A stretch of 64,000 nucleotides of DNA. Origin: Tubiluchus corallicola. Lineage: Eukaryota; Animalia; Priapulida. The notes below the pieces were generated by a model that was not told where the DNA came from, made no database searches, and saw only the letters and a program-made list of their open reading frames with translations. A program made the translations under genes and the position numbers. Shown piece after piece: positions 39,139 to 50,710 of this stretch (within the stretch, counting starts at the first letter, position 1; every line of letters begins with the position of its first letter). The DNA lies in assembly GCA_030141605.1 (NCBI GenBank), contig JAQGDQ010000001.1, positions 310,001 through 374,000 on the forward strand. The letters run 5' to 3'.

Positions 39139-39757
39139 CTACGGCAAAGAAAATAAGTTATTGATACTCAGTCAAGTCTGAAAAGAATTAAGAAATTAAA
39201 CTAAAACAAGTCTACTACTATGATAGCACATTCCGACCATGTTTATTAGTTAAGTATGCCAGTTCAGTGGGTTTATTAACATATGACTGAGCAGCTTGCC
39301 CTAATTTTCACATTTTAGCTCCTATCAAGGGTCCTTGACACTTAAACAATGTCAGCAGCTTTTCAACCTGGTTAGCCATACCGATCAAGAGTGTCTGTAG
39401 CAGATGTGTACCCTGCAAGTTTTGGGATTCTACATACAACAGTTTTAGAGTTATTAGAGTCTGTTCACGTTTTTACATTTTAGCTCCATTATGAGGCCCT
39501 TAAATAATTCTAGCTATTTTAGCCACAGCATTGTCTCAGCCATCCTTCAGTTGTCAAGTTTACAAACACCACGTAGTTTTCTCTAACTCAGATGTCTACC
39601 CTGCAAGTTTCGTGACTCTAGCCATCCGCATTTGTGAGTTAAAATGAAATTTTGATTCTCTCTACGACAATGATTGAAGACGACTATGAAACGTGACAGG
39701 AATGAAAATTTTTTACAGCAACTAAAGTATGCATGCATCACTTAAGTTTACCATCTA

Positions 39758-41297
39758 CAGTAGGCGCCGCTTAAAAGACTTAGTTAGACTCAGGGTTAAT
39801 AGAATCAGTTGCCTAATTGACTCAAAGACATCTGGTATAGGCCGCTTCCTATTCAAATGTATACAAAAACTACCGATGATAGACTCAAATAACTTCGCAT
39901 AATTGACTCAATATTTTTGCTTCACGTGCTTCAATAAGACACTTTTGTGTGACCAATAAGCTTTTATGACTTTTATATCAACTTGTTTGGCTTTTTTGCT
40001 CTAATATACGTAGAAACAATCATATTAAGTACCATTTTGGTTGCAAGCAGGAACATTTATCATATGCTAATATGCTAGCCTAGTGGTTTGCTTTTGACTC
40101 GTCAGTCCAATGCTAATAACCTCATTACCCAAAAATTTTGCGGAAGCTAAACATTTAAACACTTGCCTAGCGGTTTGCTTTAGAATCTCTGGCTCCTTTT
40201 CACAGAAAGTTCGATCAGCTAGCTGTTGCTGTTATGCTAGGGGTGCAAGTACAATACAATAAGGTGTTGCAAAGTTGCCATAGATTAGCATGCAAACTGA
40301 ATGCTTGGATGACAGAAGTGTTGTTTAATGAATGGTTAGTGAAATGGGATGCAAGCTTAAAGTGAAACATCATTTTACTGGTAGACATCTGCACTACCCT
40401 TGTAGATAACGCATCATTAAAACACATTAAAGTTGTGTTTTGCCAGCAAATGCCACATCACTCATTCAACCATGTGATCAGCGCATTATTCGAACAGTAA
40501 AGGCTTACTATAGAAAAGAAATGTGGATGACAGTTTTGGAAGCAATGTATTCCAATGATGCAGCTTCTTAGTTTAAATGCAAATGACCTGGCTAAAAAGC
40601 CAACCTTTCCAATGCACTACATTTATTGGCTACGTCCTGGAGCAATGTCACTGAACTCACGATTCAGAACTGCATCACTTATGCTAGATTCACTTATGCG
40701 AATAAAATTGACAATGGTGAAATTCATACATTGGAAGAGAGATGCCTATTTACACTACATGACATGACCAACAACGAGTTTGAAACCTGGTTGAAATTAA
40801 TTCCATTATATAGATTACTTCTCAGTTAACCTATGATGAAATTGTGATGACAGCAAGCGGGAGGAGCTTAGACGAAGCCACTTGCGGGGAAACGCGAGCA
40901 CCACCAACAGTACAAGCATGCCCAGCACTAAGCATTTTGTGAGAATTTGTGCTTCGTACAACAACAGATTTTCAACGTTTTTATCATTATGATAACTTTC
41001 TTACCCAACTTGTCGCAAAAAAAGAAGCAACCAACATTGGACTTATTTTTGCAATTTTTGTAAACAAATAGACTTGTGTGATTTAGAAAAGTAAACTTTT
41101 CTATTTTCTTTTTTATTAACTCACTTTATAAATTAATATTTTTAAATAACTATATATGCATGTAGGCATTACTTCATTTCTAAAATTCATTAAAAGCCTT
41201 TGCAGTACATACTAAACTGATGATTCATACTTCTATATTAGTAACAAGTCGGTTAATAGATTCAGTTGGTTAATTGGGTCAAAACACGCGCCTACTA
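39758..41297 (+). mobile_element. pogo/Tigger-family DNA transposon, degenerate, in POLR3H intron 2
   Basis: TA|cagtaggcgcc left end and cgcgcctact right end; frameshifted transposase fragment PANATSLIQPCDQRIIRTVKAYYRK (DDE_1/CENP-B-type motif) at about 40440-40520. Confidence 0.8.
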
Positions 41298-41403
41298 AAA
41301 TAAACTGGAAACTAAAGATCAAACTATTAAAACCAGGGATAGGACATAAAACTCATCAACATGACATGTTTTGCAAACATGAAAGAAATGCTAAACACTC
41401 AAC

Positions 41404-41500
41404 CTTTAGTGTGCGATGACCCATCTCCTGGAAAAACATGTGAATCTTCCACTTTGGTTATATCATGAAGAGCAATGCATAAGCCAAGGTTATGAACCAC
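41404..41500 (-). CDS. POLR3H: POLR3H exon 2 ([32 protein letters not shown])
   Basis: tttcag acceptor, gttgag donor, 97 nt; matches RPC8 VVYNVGLCICLFDITKLED.YVFPGDGASHTK. Confidence 0.96.
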
Positions 41501-41799
41501 CTGAAACAAAACTATCAATTTATCGTGACAAATCAGTAAAAAACACCAGGCAGACAGTTGGCAATTGTAAAACAGTAAGCGAAAAAAATCTGATGCCAAA
41601 TGGGCAATGATATATGAGTTGCTCATTTAACATGCTTACAAAAATGCATCTACCAACTGACAGTGAGAGATGAGTGAAAAAAATGCTATGTCTGCCAACT
41701 GGCTGTCAAGTCATGTCTGCCATGTTAAAAAAACATTTTAAAATCATTCAGAAATCTGACTCTGTCATTTGATGCACAATTCATTCTGGTATAGGCCTG

Positions 41800-42650
41800 T
41801 GGGGTTTCAAACTGGCAAAGTCTTAGGCTTTTCTCTAGAATGCTGTTATTGCTGCCATCTAGAATGTAAGGTGGCAGGTCAAAAATCGATGCAGAATAAG
41901 TTTTAGCACATTTCTACAATGTCATGATAATCTATTGAGAATTGGTGGTGCCTAAGGTTTTTTTGAAACACCATCGCCTGAACCTTGAATGTAAATTGGC
42001 TGACTGAGAATCCGATTTTGTCGGTCACTGCAAAATTCTTTGTATAGTACAAGCTATTATGAACTATACTTTGTATATATACAAGCTATATAGCCTCAGG
42101 CTTTTTTGTGAAAATGATGTTACTGCCACCATCATGAACCCAAAATTGCAAATCAAAAATCCTACTTATCAATCGATGCAGAATTCATTCTCGTAAAGTT
42201 TCACAACAACCCATCGCAAGTTCAGGGAGCCTTAGGCTGGTTTCTAAAATAATGTTTTGCAGCCATCTTGAATTCAAAATGCAAATGAAAAATCTGACTT
42301 GTCAATCAATGTGGAAGCCATTCTGGTATGTTTCTGTACAGTTTCGTTACGATCCATTGTGAATTGCGAACTGGCAGTGTAAAATAATGTTTTTATATCC
42401 GTCTTGAATTTCAAATGATGGATCGAAAATCCGACTTTGCCAGTTGATGTGGAATTGCTTCTAGTATATTCGCGTGAAGTTTCATGACAATCAATAACAA
42501 ATTCATGGGGCCTTAGACATTCTTTCAAAAGGTCATCCCCCAACAATAAGAATAATAACAACAACAAAAACAAAAACAACAACAACAATAATAATAACAT
42601 CCAGAAGAGTAGCAATTGGGTTGAGTGACTTGAGTAATCTGGACCAAATT
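41800..42650 (+). mobile_element. Helentron/DINE/pearl-like element: tandem core subrepeats plus (caa/taa)n microsatellite
   Basis: Recurring gcca(t/c)c...aaaaatc...cgatgcagaat...ccttagg units; microsatellite at 42540-42600; inverted homolog at 1075-1570. Confidence 0.6.
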
Positions 42651-43332
42651 TGTTACAACTCACAACTTACATTTCACAGTTCAACTGTTACGCAAAAAGC
42701 AATAAAAACATTTAGCATAATTTCCTGCATAAATTTAAAATGCAGGAAGTGCATTTTTACTGAGTATTTAACTGGTTAAAAAAAACTGGGATAGCAAAAT
42801 TAAGTTTTTAAGTTCTAGATTTCAACTGTTATACAAGATGCAACAACAAGACTCAACATAAATTTAACAGCATAACAGCTTACTGTCTGCACAACTAGTC
42901 ATAAAAACAGGATCTAGTTCAAAGATTTTCTGTATTTCTGTTTGCACACGTGGTATGTTTTTGTTCAACAAGCACATATGAACTACATCGTCGTATATCT
43001 AGTTGTTTTTCCTATTTTTCATTAACATAGTACTATAACAAAGTTCTCAATACAGCAAGTTACTACTCGTCTGTATTCCTTATTTGCAAAATAATACACT
43101 TTCTCTCAAATATTTCCACTTTTAAATAGTTAGGAAAAAGATGAGTAGTAGTTAATTCACAAATATTTGTTCTGTCACTATGGTGACTCGAAAAACTAGT
43201 TTTATAGGCAAAATTTGGAGTAGACAGTCTTTAACTACGTCACATGGTAGGTGGACTTTAGTGGTTTTTTGGATAAGAAATAATATTTTCAACTGGGTTT
43301 TGTGAAGCTATGGCCCATTTGGGGAGTCTTGC

Positions 43333-43443
43333 CTTATTTGTGAGTTTCTTGTTTAATTCCACCTCCACTGCTTCGTTTAGCTTCAGTTGAAACATCCATG
43401 GAGAAACTTTTACCACGTCAGCTAGCTCTGACAGTACAAACAT
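43333..43443 (-). CDS. POLR3H: POLR3H (RNA polymerase III subunit RPC8/C25) exon 1; protein 204 aa
   Basis: MFVLSELADVVKVSPWMFQLKLNEAVEVELNKKLTNK matches the RPC8 start; donor AAG|gcaaga (GC); exon lengths sum to 615 nt. Confidence 0.95.
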
Positions 43444-43757
43444 TTTACATACATTGAACTATGAGCGCATCCTCTCACTGCAAGCAGTCACCCGTCAGGA
43501 AAAGCTGACAACTAAGAAGATGAAAAAGTCTGTCAAACGAGGATTTAACAGTATAAAGCTTTTATGAAACAAACAGCTACACAAGAAATGCATAATACTT
43601 ATTGAAAACAGTTTGAACCATATATAAACATTTCATGTAAAAGCTTGTTCACAACTAGATTAGAACAAGTTTATGGACTAGAGGATTTCTTTTAAATGAA
43701 CACCAAAGGTGATCCATGGTTTAACTTACTATGTCATAACTCTACAAGAAGATGGCT

Positions 43758-44230
43758 CGCTAGCCCATGAAGGACACTGTCCTAGATGGCTTGCTAGCCC
43801 ATGTAGGACACTGTCCTACATGGTTCGCTAGCCCATGTAGGACACATAGATCGTTAGAACGTTTACTTATAAGAAAACAATTATTTGCTCAAGAGGTAGT
43901 GAAACGGATTTGTGAAGTGAGACAAAATCAAAAATGATATACCTTAAACAAATGTTGAAATCGCAAAAAAGTGGTTTTTTCACTTCAACAACATTAATAT
44001 CGAAACCAAATTTAATATTGTCCGTTCTATCAGCTCAGAATAAAATTCTTTTATTTTATTAGATGTATAATAAATTATTCAACGTGTACTAACGTTTTAA
44101 ATTATTAATATTACATAAACAAGGACAACGGACGGTGTCAGTACACTTAACGACTCAATTCGCGACTGTCTAGTGTCCTACTTGGGCTAGCCCAAGTACG
44201 CCAATTGGCCTACTTGGGCTAGTGGGTTAC
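43758..44230. mobile_element. MITE-like element with tandem ~34-bp subterminal repeats and an inverted counterpart
   Basis: Three gctagcccatg(a/t)aggacac units at 43758-43845; inverted gtgtcctacttgggctag copies at 44173-44222. Confidence 0.7.
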
Positions 44231-44339
44231 TCGGCTCCCTACAGTTTAAATATTTCTGTTCAAAACTTTGCAACGATCTGTTTTAGCAAGATATCAGCAA
44301 TGCGCATTATCTTTGAAAAAGTCATGTGGCACGAAAGTT

Positions 44340-44435
44340 TAGAAAAGGGAAGTGACGAAATCCGATTGTGACGTATTTCGTTTTTGCGATTAGCGGCTAC
44401 CCTTGCGGCATCAAAAGTTTGAAGCCGCGCACTGA
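44340..44435. promoter_or_regulatory. Candidate POLR3H promoter (ETS/CRE-like motifs, CpG cluster)
   Basis: ggaagtgacg at 44348, tgacgt at 44369 and local CpG enrichment about 0.9 kb upstream of the ATG. Confidence 0.45.
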
Positions 44436-44744
44436 CTATAATAATAATATTCGTAAGTCTACCAATAGTTTTGGCATACGTGCAATTTTGAGCCAAAAAC
44501 ATTTTTGCGTTTTTAATTAAAGAAGATTATCTCAAATAAAAGCAATTATTAGTTTTATAAAAGTAAAAACACACCATGAAAACGAAAAACGGTTGTAACA
44601 ATAAGTTTGTATTATGTACTTGCAAATGCTTCTTCAGTTTTCTTGTAAGTAAAATTCTATTGTTCTTCCTGAGGAAAGAGGCTAGCTGACTGCGTGATGG
44701 GCTGCCTACTATGTAATGTCTTTTTTAATGGTTAATTGATTTTT

Positions 44745-44851
44745 CTCTCCTCTCCCTCTCTTAGAGAGAAAGAGATGGAGGGAGAGAGAGAGAGAGACAG
44801 AGAGAGGAAGGGAGACAGACAAGCAGACAGACACACACACATGCACGCACA

Positions 44852-44883
<32 letters not shown>

Positions 44884-44888
44884 CACAG
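44745..44888. repeat. Compound microsatellite (ga)n/(gaca)n/(ca)n/(gcac)n
   Basis: Directly visible. Confidence 0.95.
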
Positions 44889-44934
44889 AGATCCTCCTTT
44901 TCCTTTACGTAGACCAAGATATACACATCGCCAC

Positions 44935-47900
44935 TAGACTAGGAAAATAATAATTATATCATAAAAAAGGTTCTTGTACAGAGTTCTTGGGCATTTCTTT
45001 CTAAAAGTGGACAAAATAAACAATCTTATCAATGTGAAAAATTAACGGCAAATGGTCAAAAATGCAAAAAACAAAATGTCTACAAAATATTAATTAAGTT
45101 TTTGAGCACACAACCTTAAAACGAGCTCCCAAAAATTGATATTATAAAGCGATGATGACATCTATTCCGGGGTCTTTCCAATCCACTTCTGTTACTTTTG
45201 TTACAAAAATGGAAGCAATTTAAAATAGCCATCACACACGCAAAGAAATTATGCCGATCAATTATATAGATATACATTTATTTGTTCATCTATTTAGCAC
45301 AATACTACAAAATACAAGTTATATGTATTGCAATATTGACAATGCATTGCAGGAGTATATTAGTGCAGCAGAAGAAACTAACATGAGCTAAGCTCAGATA
45401 TATCCGATAAGATTTATGACAACAACAAAAAATGTGATAAATGGAGTAAAGCAAAGGGATGGAAGAAGATGATATAATCACGATGTTGATTGTAACGATG
45501 GCGATATTAATGCTGATGACAATGATAGTGAATAGATGCTAATATTATTGTTGATAATACGCCAGGATCGATGATCTAAACCAAGTGAGCCATTTTTGCA
45601 GTGTTATGAAAATAGTACTAAAATAAAATAATGTGTATTTTAAATTACAGGATCTGATTAATTAGGCCCATACGATTCAAGTATTGATTTTTTAAGTTTG
45701 CGTTTGAATATATGCTTAGCTGATTTAGCACTTTTTATTTAAGTGCAAAGCTTATTCGATTCAAAGCTAAAGCAGCGAATGAAAACGATGTATTTGTTTT
45801 CAAATACTGTAATTTAAATTCATTTAACCTAGTACTGAAATTTAACGTTCAATTGACCGTTAGGTTTCTTGGAGGTTAGACCTATTTCGATGTTCACCAA
45901 AAATGTTAAAATGATTTAGTAATAAAACTGCAACAATCACTTCGCGCAACCAGTAAAAGCACTTTAAAGCAACGAAATATCCCAGTTACATCATGATTTT
46001 CAAGTGAATGGCGGCAAATACCACTCATGTAAATTTCTTTATAACAGTAGTATATTTTAAGTTTATGCTTTATGTAGACAGTTCTTTGCAGATTTCTTTA
46101 TTATATTTTTTCTAAGTTTAAGTTATAATTAACAAATCAAATCAAGTTTATTTTTCTCTACAGCATTTCAGGAACGTATACATATAACAAAAATATACAA
46201 ACATAGAGCAATAAATGCGTTAATAAAATGAATATAAAGCCAAAGAGATAAGGTAGCGAATCGACTAAAAAGTCATCAGATAAACAGATAACAGTAAAAT
46301 AAACCCAACATACTGTGTGACATGTTCTTTCCTTTAACTGTTTTGTACGCATAATTACCTAGGTTACAATCAACTAAATCATTACTGTTACCGTTACCGT
46401 CGAATAGCTTATGGACCTCTCCACTCTTCCTTGTTTACTTTATTAATTTAAAAAGTGAACAAAATAGGTGGCCACACTGCGACCATGAAGCGTAGCACAG
46501 GGTTTCTTGTTGCAATTGTGGCAACCTGGGGTCTATATATTTTTCTGGATTGTTATTCCAGTGTCTATCGAGACGAGACTTAAACTGGGCAGGATTGGAG
46601 GCTTGAACTACAATGTCAGGCAGCGTGTTCCACTCATTAATTACTCGCCTTGCAAATGTGAATCTCCTTCTACTCCACTTTTGGGAACTGTTCTCTTCTT
46701 GATTTTGTAGGAGTGACCTCTGGTACCATGATATGTCTGTCGATGGAAAAACATTTTCTATACCTTTAAGGATACGAAATGTTTGGATTAAATCTTGTCT
46801 TTTGCGTCTGTATTTCAGAGTTGTAAGGACCAGAATCTTAAGTCTTGCAACATATGGTAAATGAGAAATAGCAGGTACAAGTCTAGTAGCACGACGTTGT
46901 ATACTTTCAATTTTCCTTATCATGTCTTGACGATTTGGGCTCAAAATCACATCACCATAATTCAACATAGGACGAACCATTGATTTATATAGCTTGGTTA
47001 CCATAGATCCGTCAAGATAAGAGAAACTACGTTTGATTAAAGCCCGTCTTCCATGTGCTTTATTGACAACATTGTTTATATGTGTTTGAAAATTAAGCAT
47101 ACTGTCGATGGTGATACCCAGATCTTTTTCTTCTGGGACGCTTATAATTTCTTTAGAACTTTGTCCATGTGCCATTTTATATGTACGACCTGCAGTATCA
47201 CGCCTTCCAATAGTCAGGAGCTTACATTTTTCGGTGTTAAATTCCATTTGCCATTGGCGACACCATTGGTCGGCATAGTTAATATTATTCTGCATGACCT
47301 CAAAATCATCCAGGCAGCATGCTTTACCATATATTTTAGTGTCATCTGCAAACAGGCTTTTACCGCAGTTGAAAACTTCAGGAAGATCATTTATGTAAAT
47401 CGTAAATAAAATAGGTCCAAGCACACTTCCCTGTGGTATACCATTGGTCACATTTGCCCATTCTGTTTCTTGCCCATTGACTACTACAAAATGCCTTCTC
47501 CCACAGAGAAAACTATTAATCCGTGTTAACAGGTGACCACAAATTCCGTATGATTCAAGTTTTAAAGAAGTCTCAGATGGGATACTCGACTGAATGCTTT
47601 TAAAAAGTCGTAATAGATAACATCAACTTCGCCTTTATTCTTAAGTAAATCCATTCATTCTTCAAGAGAAACTAATAAATTGGTAGTACAAGATCTGCCA
47701 GTTCTGAAACCATGTTGACTATCACAAATGAGATTATGCTCAGTAATGAAGTTGTAGATTTTATCCCTTAATATTCCTTCTAGCATTTACAAACAACTGA
47801 TGTCAGACTGATAGGTCTGTAATTTTTTGCTAAGTCTTCTAAGGATATCTTCATTGTTCTTAATTATACTTGCATGGATTCCATCAGGCCCCATAGATTT

Positions 47901-48578
47901 ATTGGCCTTATATACACTCCTCTGGTGTAACCGAACGGTATGGTATATGTTGGAGGAATTGTCACAAAATAAACCTTGCCTTTCAGGCGAACAAGACTTT
48001 ACATGCTTTGCAAATTAAACTGATACCGAGACAACAAAACGTTCCAGCACAGGCATGAATTCGATCAATAGTTCTGTTCCAGTAGTGTTTCTTACAAATG
48101 CTTTTGATATGTGGGCCACGCCATTTTTCTCTTTCTGCAAAAACTGAAATTTGGTCGGGAACAGCATTTTGTATTAAAGAAGATCCAGGTGATTATTTTT
48201 TGTTCGTATAATGAAGGTTATGATGAGACGTTTAATGTAACTGCATGCGTTATTTCGTTCGGCACGGCGGCCATTTTGAAAACGGTAATCATTTTTAAAT
48301 GAGATGACAGAATCGGATTCCTCGAGTCCAACTACAATGGAATAGATGTCATATTGCTTTCTTAATGTTAATTTTCTTAATTAATTTATGTTGTTTATGC
48401 AAACACTTGGCGGCCATTTTGTTTTTTGCGTTTTTAGCCCTATTCCGCTAATTTTTCGAGCTAGCAACAACGTTTTTCAGATTCAGCACAGTCAAATTGA
48501 TAAAACCGGCTACGTTGCCCACTTTTAGAAATAAATGCCTGGAGGGTTCCACTTCTGAATACTGGACTGGCTAGACTA
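44935..48578. mobile_element. DNA element with long degenerate TIRs (Academ-like TAG termini) enclosing a LINE
   Basis: 44990-45170 is an imperfect reverse complement of 48335-48545; ends tagactag / ctagacta; no TSD seen. Confidence 0.5.
46380..47900 (-). mobile_element. 5'-truncated CR1-clade LINE, reverse transcriptase ORF2 remnant (ORF 46435-47451)
   Basis: GIPQGSVLGPILF..YINDL, LFADD and EKDLG motifs; CR1-type TRGH motif out of frame near 46720; upstream frameshifts; short (cggtaa)-like 3' repeat. Confidence 0.92.
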
Positions 48579-50710
48579 GTACCTGTGTCAGATGTTGTAA
48601 ACTTGTAAGTTTCTAACCCAGCATTCTGCTTAATATTTGCTATTTCTTCAGACTTCTCACAACGTACTGCATGTTCTGTAGTATTTTCTTTTACCCAAAA
48701 CTTTGCACTTACATTTCAAATCAGTCATATTTGATCTCATTTTCAATTTCAAACAGCAGAGTCACTGATTTCACAATGCTTTTCATTCAGTAACCTAAAT
48801 TTTGTCATCATTTGTATTCTAACGTTATGCTCATACAGTATCGCCTGGCTCTAGTGGTTTACACCTTTCTTATTTCATTTTTCAATTCTGATTGCTTTTC
48901 ATCCATAATCGTTCCCATCTCTAAAACAGTGTATTTTCGAAAACTAACAAACTTTATTCTCTTTTTTGTTGATCAAGTACTACTAGTTTTTGCAAAACTA
49001 TTTTCTTCAGATCTGATCGGTGAATAATAAATCACTGTCTTTTTATAAAATACGATTTTTTGCATTGGCCCAAAGCCTGTTTCTGCTAGCAAGCCCCAAT
49101 ATGCTCCGTCACTTTGACTTTACGACTATAAGCAGGCCGGTTTTATGAATATAGAATATCACAAAAGCTAGCCTACCCAGCTGTAAAAATCTCTTTCTGG
49201 TATAGTGTATTCAGCAGTTCCTGGTCTAAAATCTAATGAGCTGATACACGACTAATTATACATTTTAATTTTATTGCCTAGCCTGAGCAATGGATCAGCG
49301 AAATAGGTAAGAGTCAACATACACTATGTTAGTATATCTGTTTTAACGATTATCCGTAATTTTACTCACAAAAGTTACTATTATTTTAGTTTGGCTAATA
49401 TTATTTTACCATTTTAGTTGCAGTATTTACATTCTAGTCAATATACTGTATAGAAGTGTTAACATACTTTTATATTTTAACAGCACCTGTCATCAGGCAA
49501 CACTTACTAGAATCTCGAAATGAATTTAAGAATTAAAACAAAATTAATGAGCTTCTTTGTGTGTATATCAAATTACTTTTGCTAGTTACTTATTGTCGCG
49601 CCTTCTCCTTAAGCCGACATTTATTTCCATGACCAACATCATAATATCACCAAGCACAGCAAATATCTTCACCTGAAGATTTAGCACAAAATCAGAGTTC
49701 TAAGTTCCGACCAACACCAACTAATCTCCAAGGAAACTATTTCAAAATGAGTGATTACATCAGTTAATTATGCGACAGTAAATAATTACCAAAATACTTT
49801 GAATCCATGCATAACCGTTATTCTCATATAAGTTTAATTCTGTTTCCCGAGCATTGCATTCTATCAATTATTACAACTGGATTAATTCCAACAGAATAAA
49901 ATAATTTGGAAGTGTAAAATTATTTGGAAGTTAACTAGAAGTGTATAAATAAGATATAAAATAAGATCAGTTGGCCCATTGGCTGTATGAGTAGTGCCTG
50001 GTGTTCTCAGAAGTGCTCATCATTAAACAAGATGCAATTCATGGGAATTTCAGTCTTACAGAAATGTTATTACTAGTAGCACCGTCTGGTATTTAAAAAT
50101 ATTCTTAGAGACACACTTTATTTCAGTCAGAGACTATTATTAGACTAACATTATTTATTGTAAAAGACAGTAAGTGTGAAAAATCAAATTTTGCATACAC
50201 AAACACAAGATTCTGTTTTGCAGTGTTACTATCATAACACGTAATCAACTTGAAAAGCACTGAATGTCAACATACCAAAATAAAAATGGGTTGTTACACA
50301 TTATAAGTTCAAATTTGGCAATTCTTGCATAGGTTCAAATAAATGTTGTTTTTGTAAATAAAACAAAATAACATAATACTGGTAAGAATTACTTACAATC
50401 TGACTTTAGGGGAAAGCCAGAATGAAAAGTGCCAAAAAAACAAAGCTCTGACATATGAAAATCTAACAGCAAACTGACTGAATACACACATAATAGTATT
50501 GCAATATTGTTATCGTATGCTGGTTTAATCTGCAATTTAAAAATGCTGCTATTTAAAACAAAAAATTAATAATTTTAGCAGGCTGCTTTCTGCATTTTAG
50601 GGATTTAAATCAATTAAAGTAAAAATATTAGTAGCTGATAATGAAACCTGCTCTCATGTTTGTCAAATGTACTTTTCCCCTTTGCTAAACAAGATGCAAA
50701 TTTAATTTAT

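Noticed and set aside
43758-43845. ~34-bp repeats resembling a CRISPR array
   Set aside because: No unique spacers, no cas genes, eukaryotic context; better explained as MITE subterminal repeats.
48580-49100. Possible LINE ORF1 remnant on the minus strand
   Set aside because: Coding-like composition but too many stops and no diagnostic motif.
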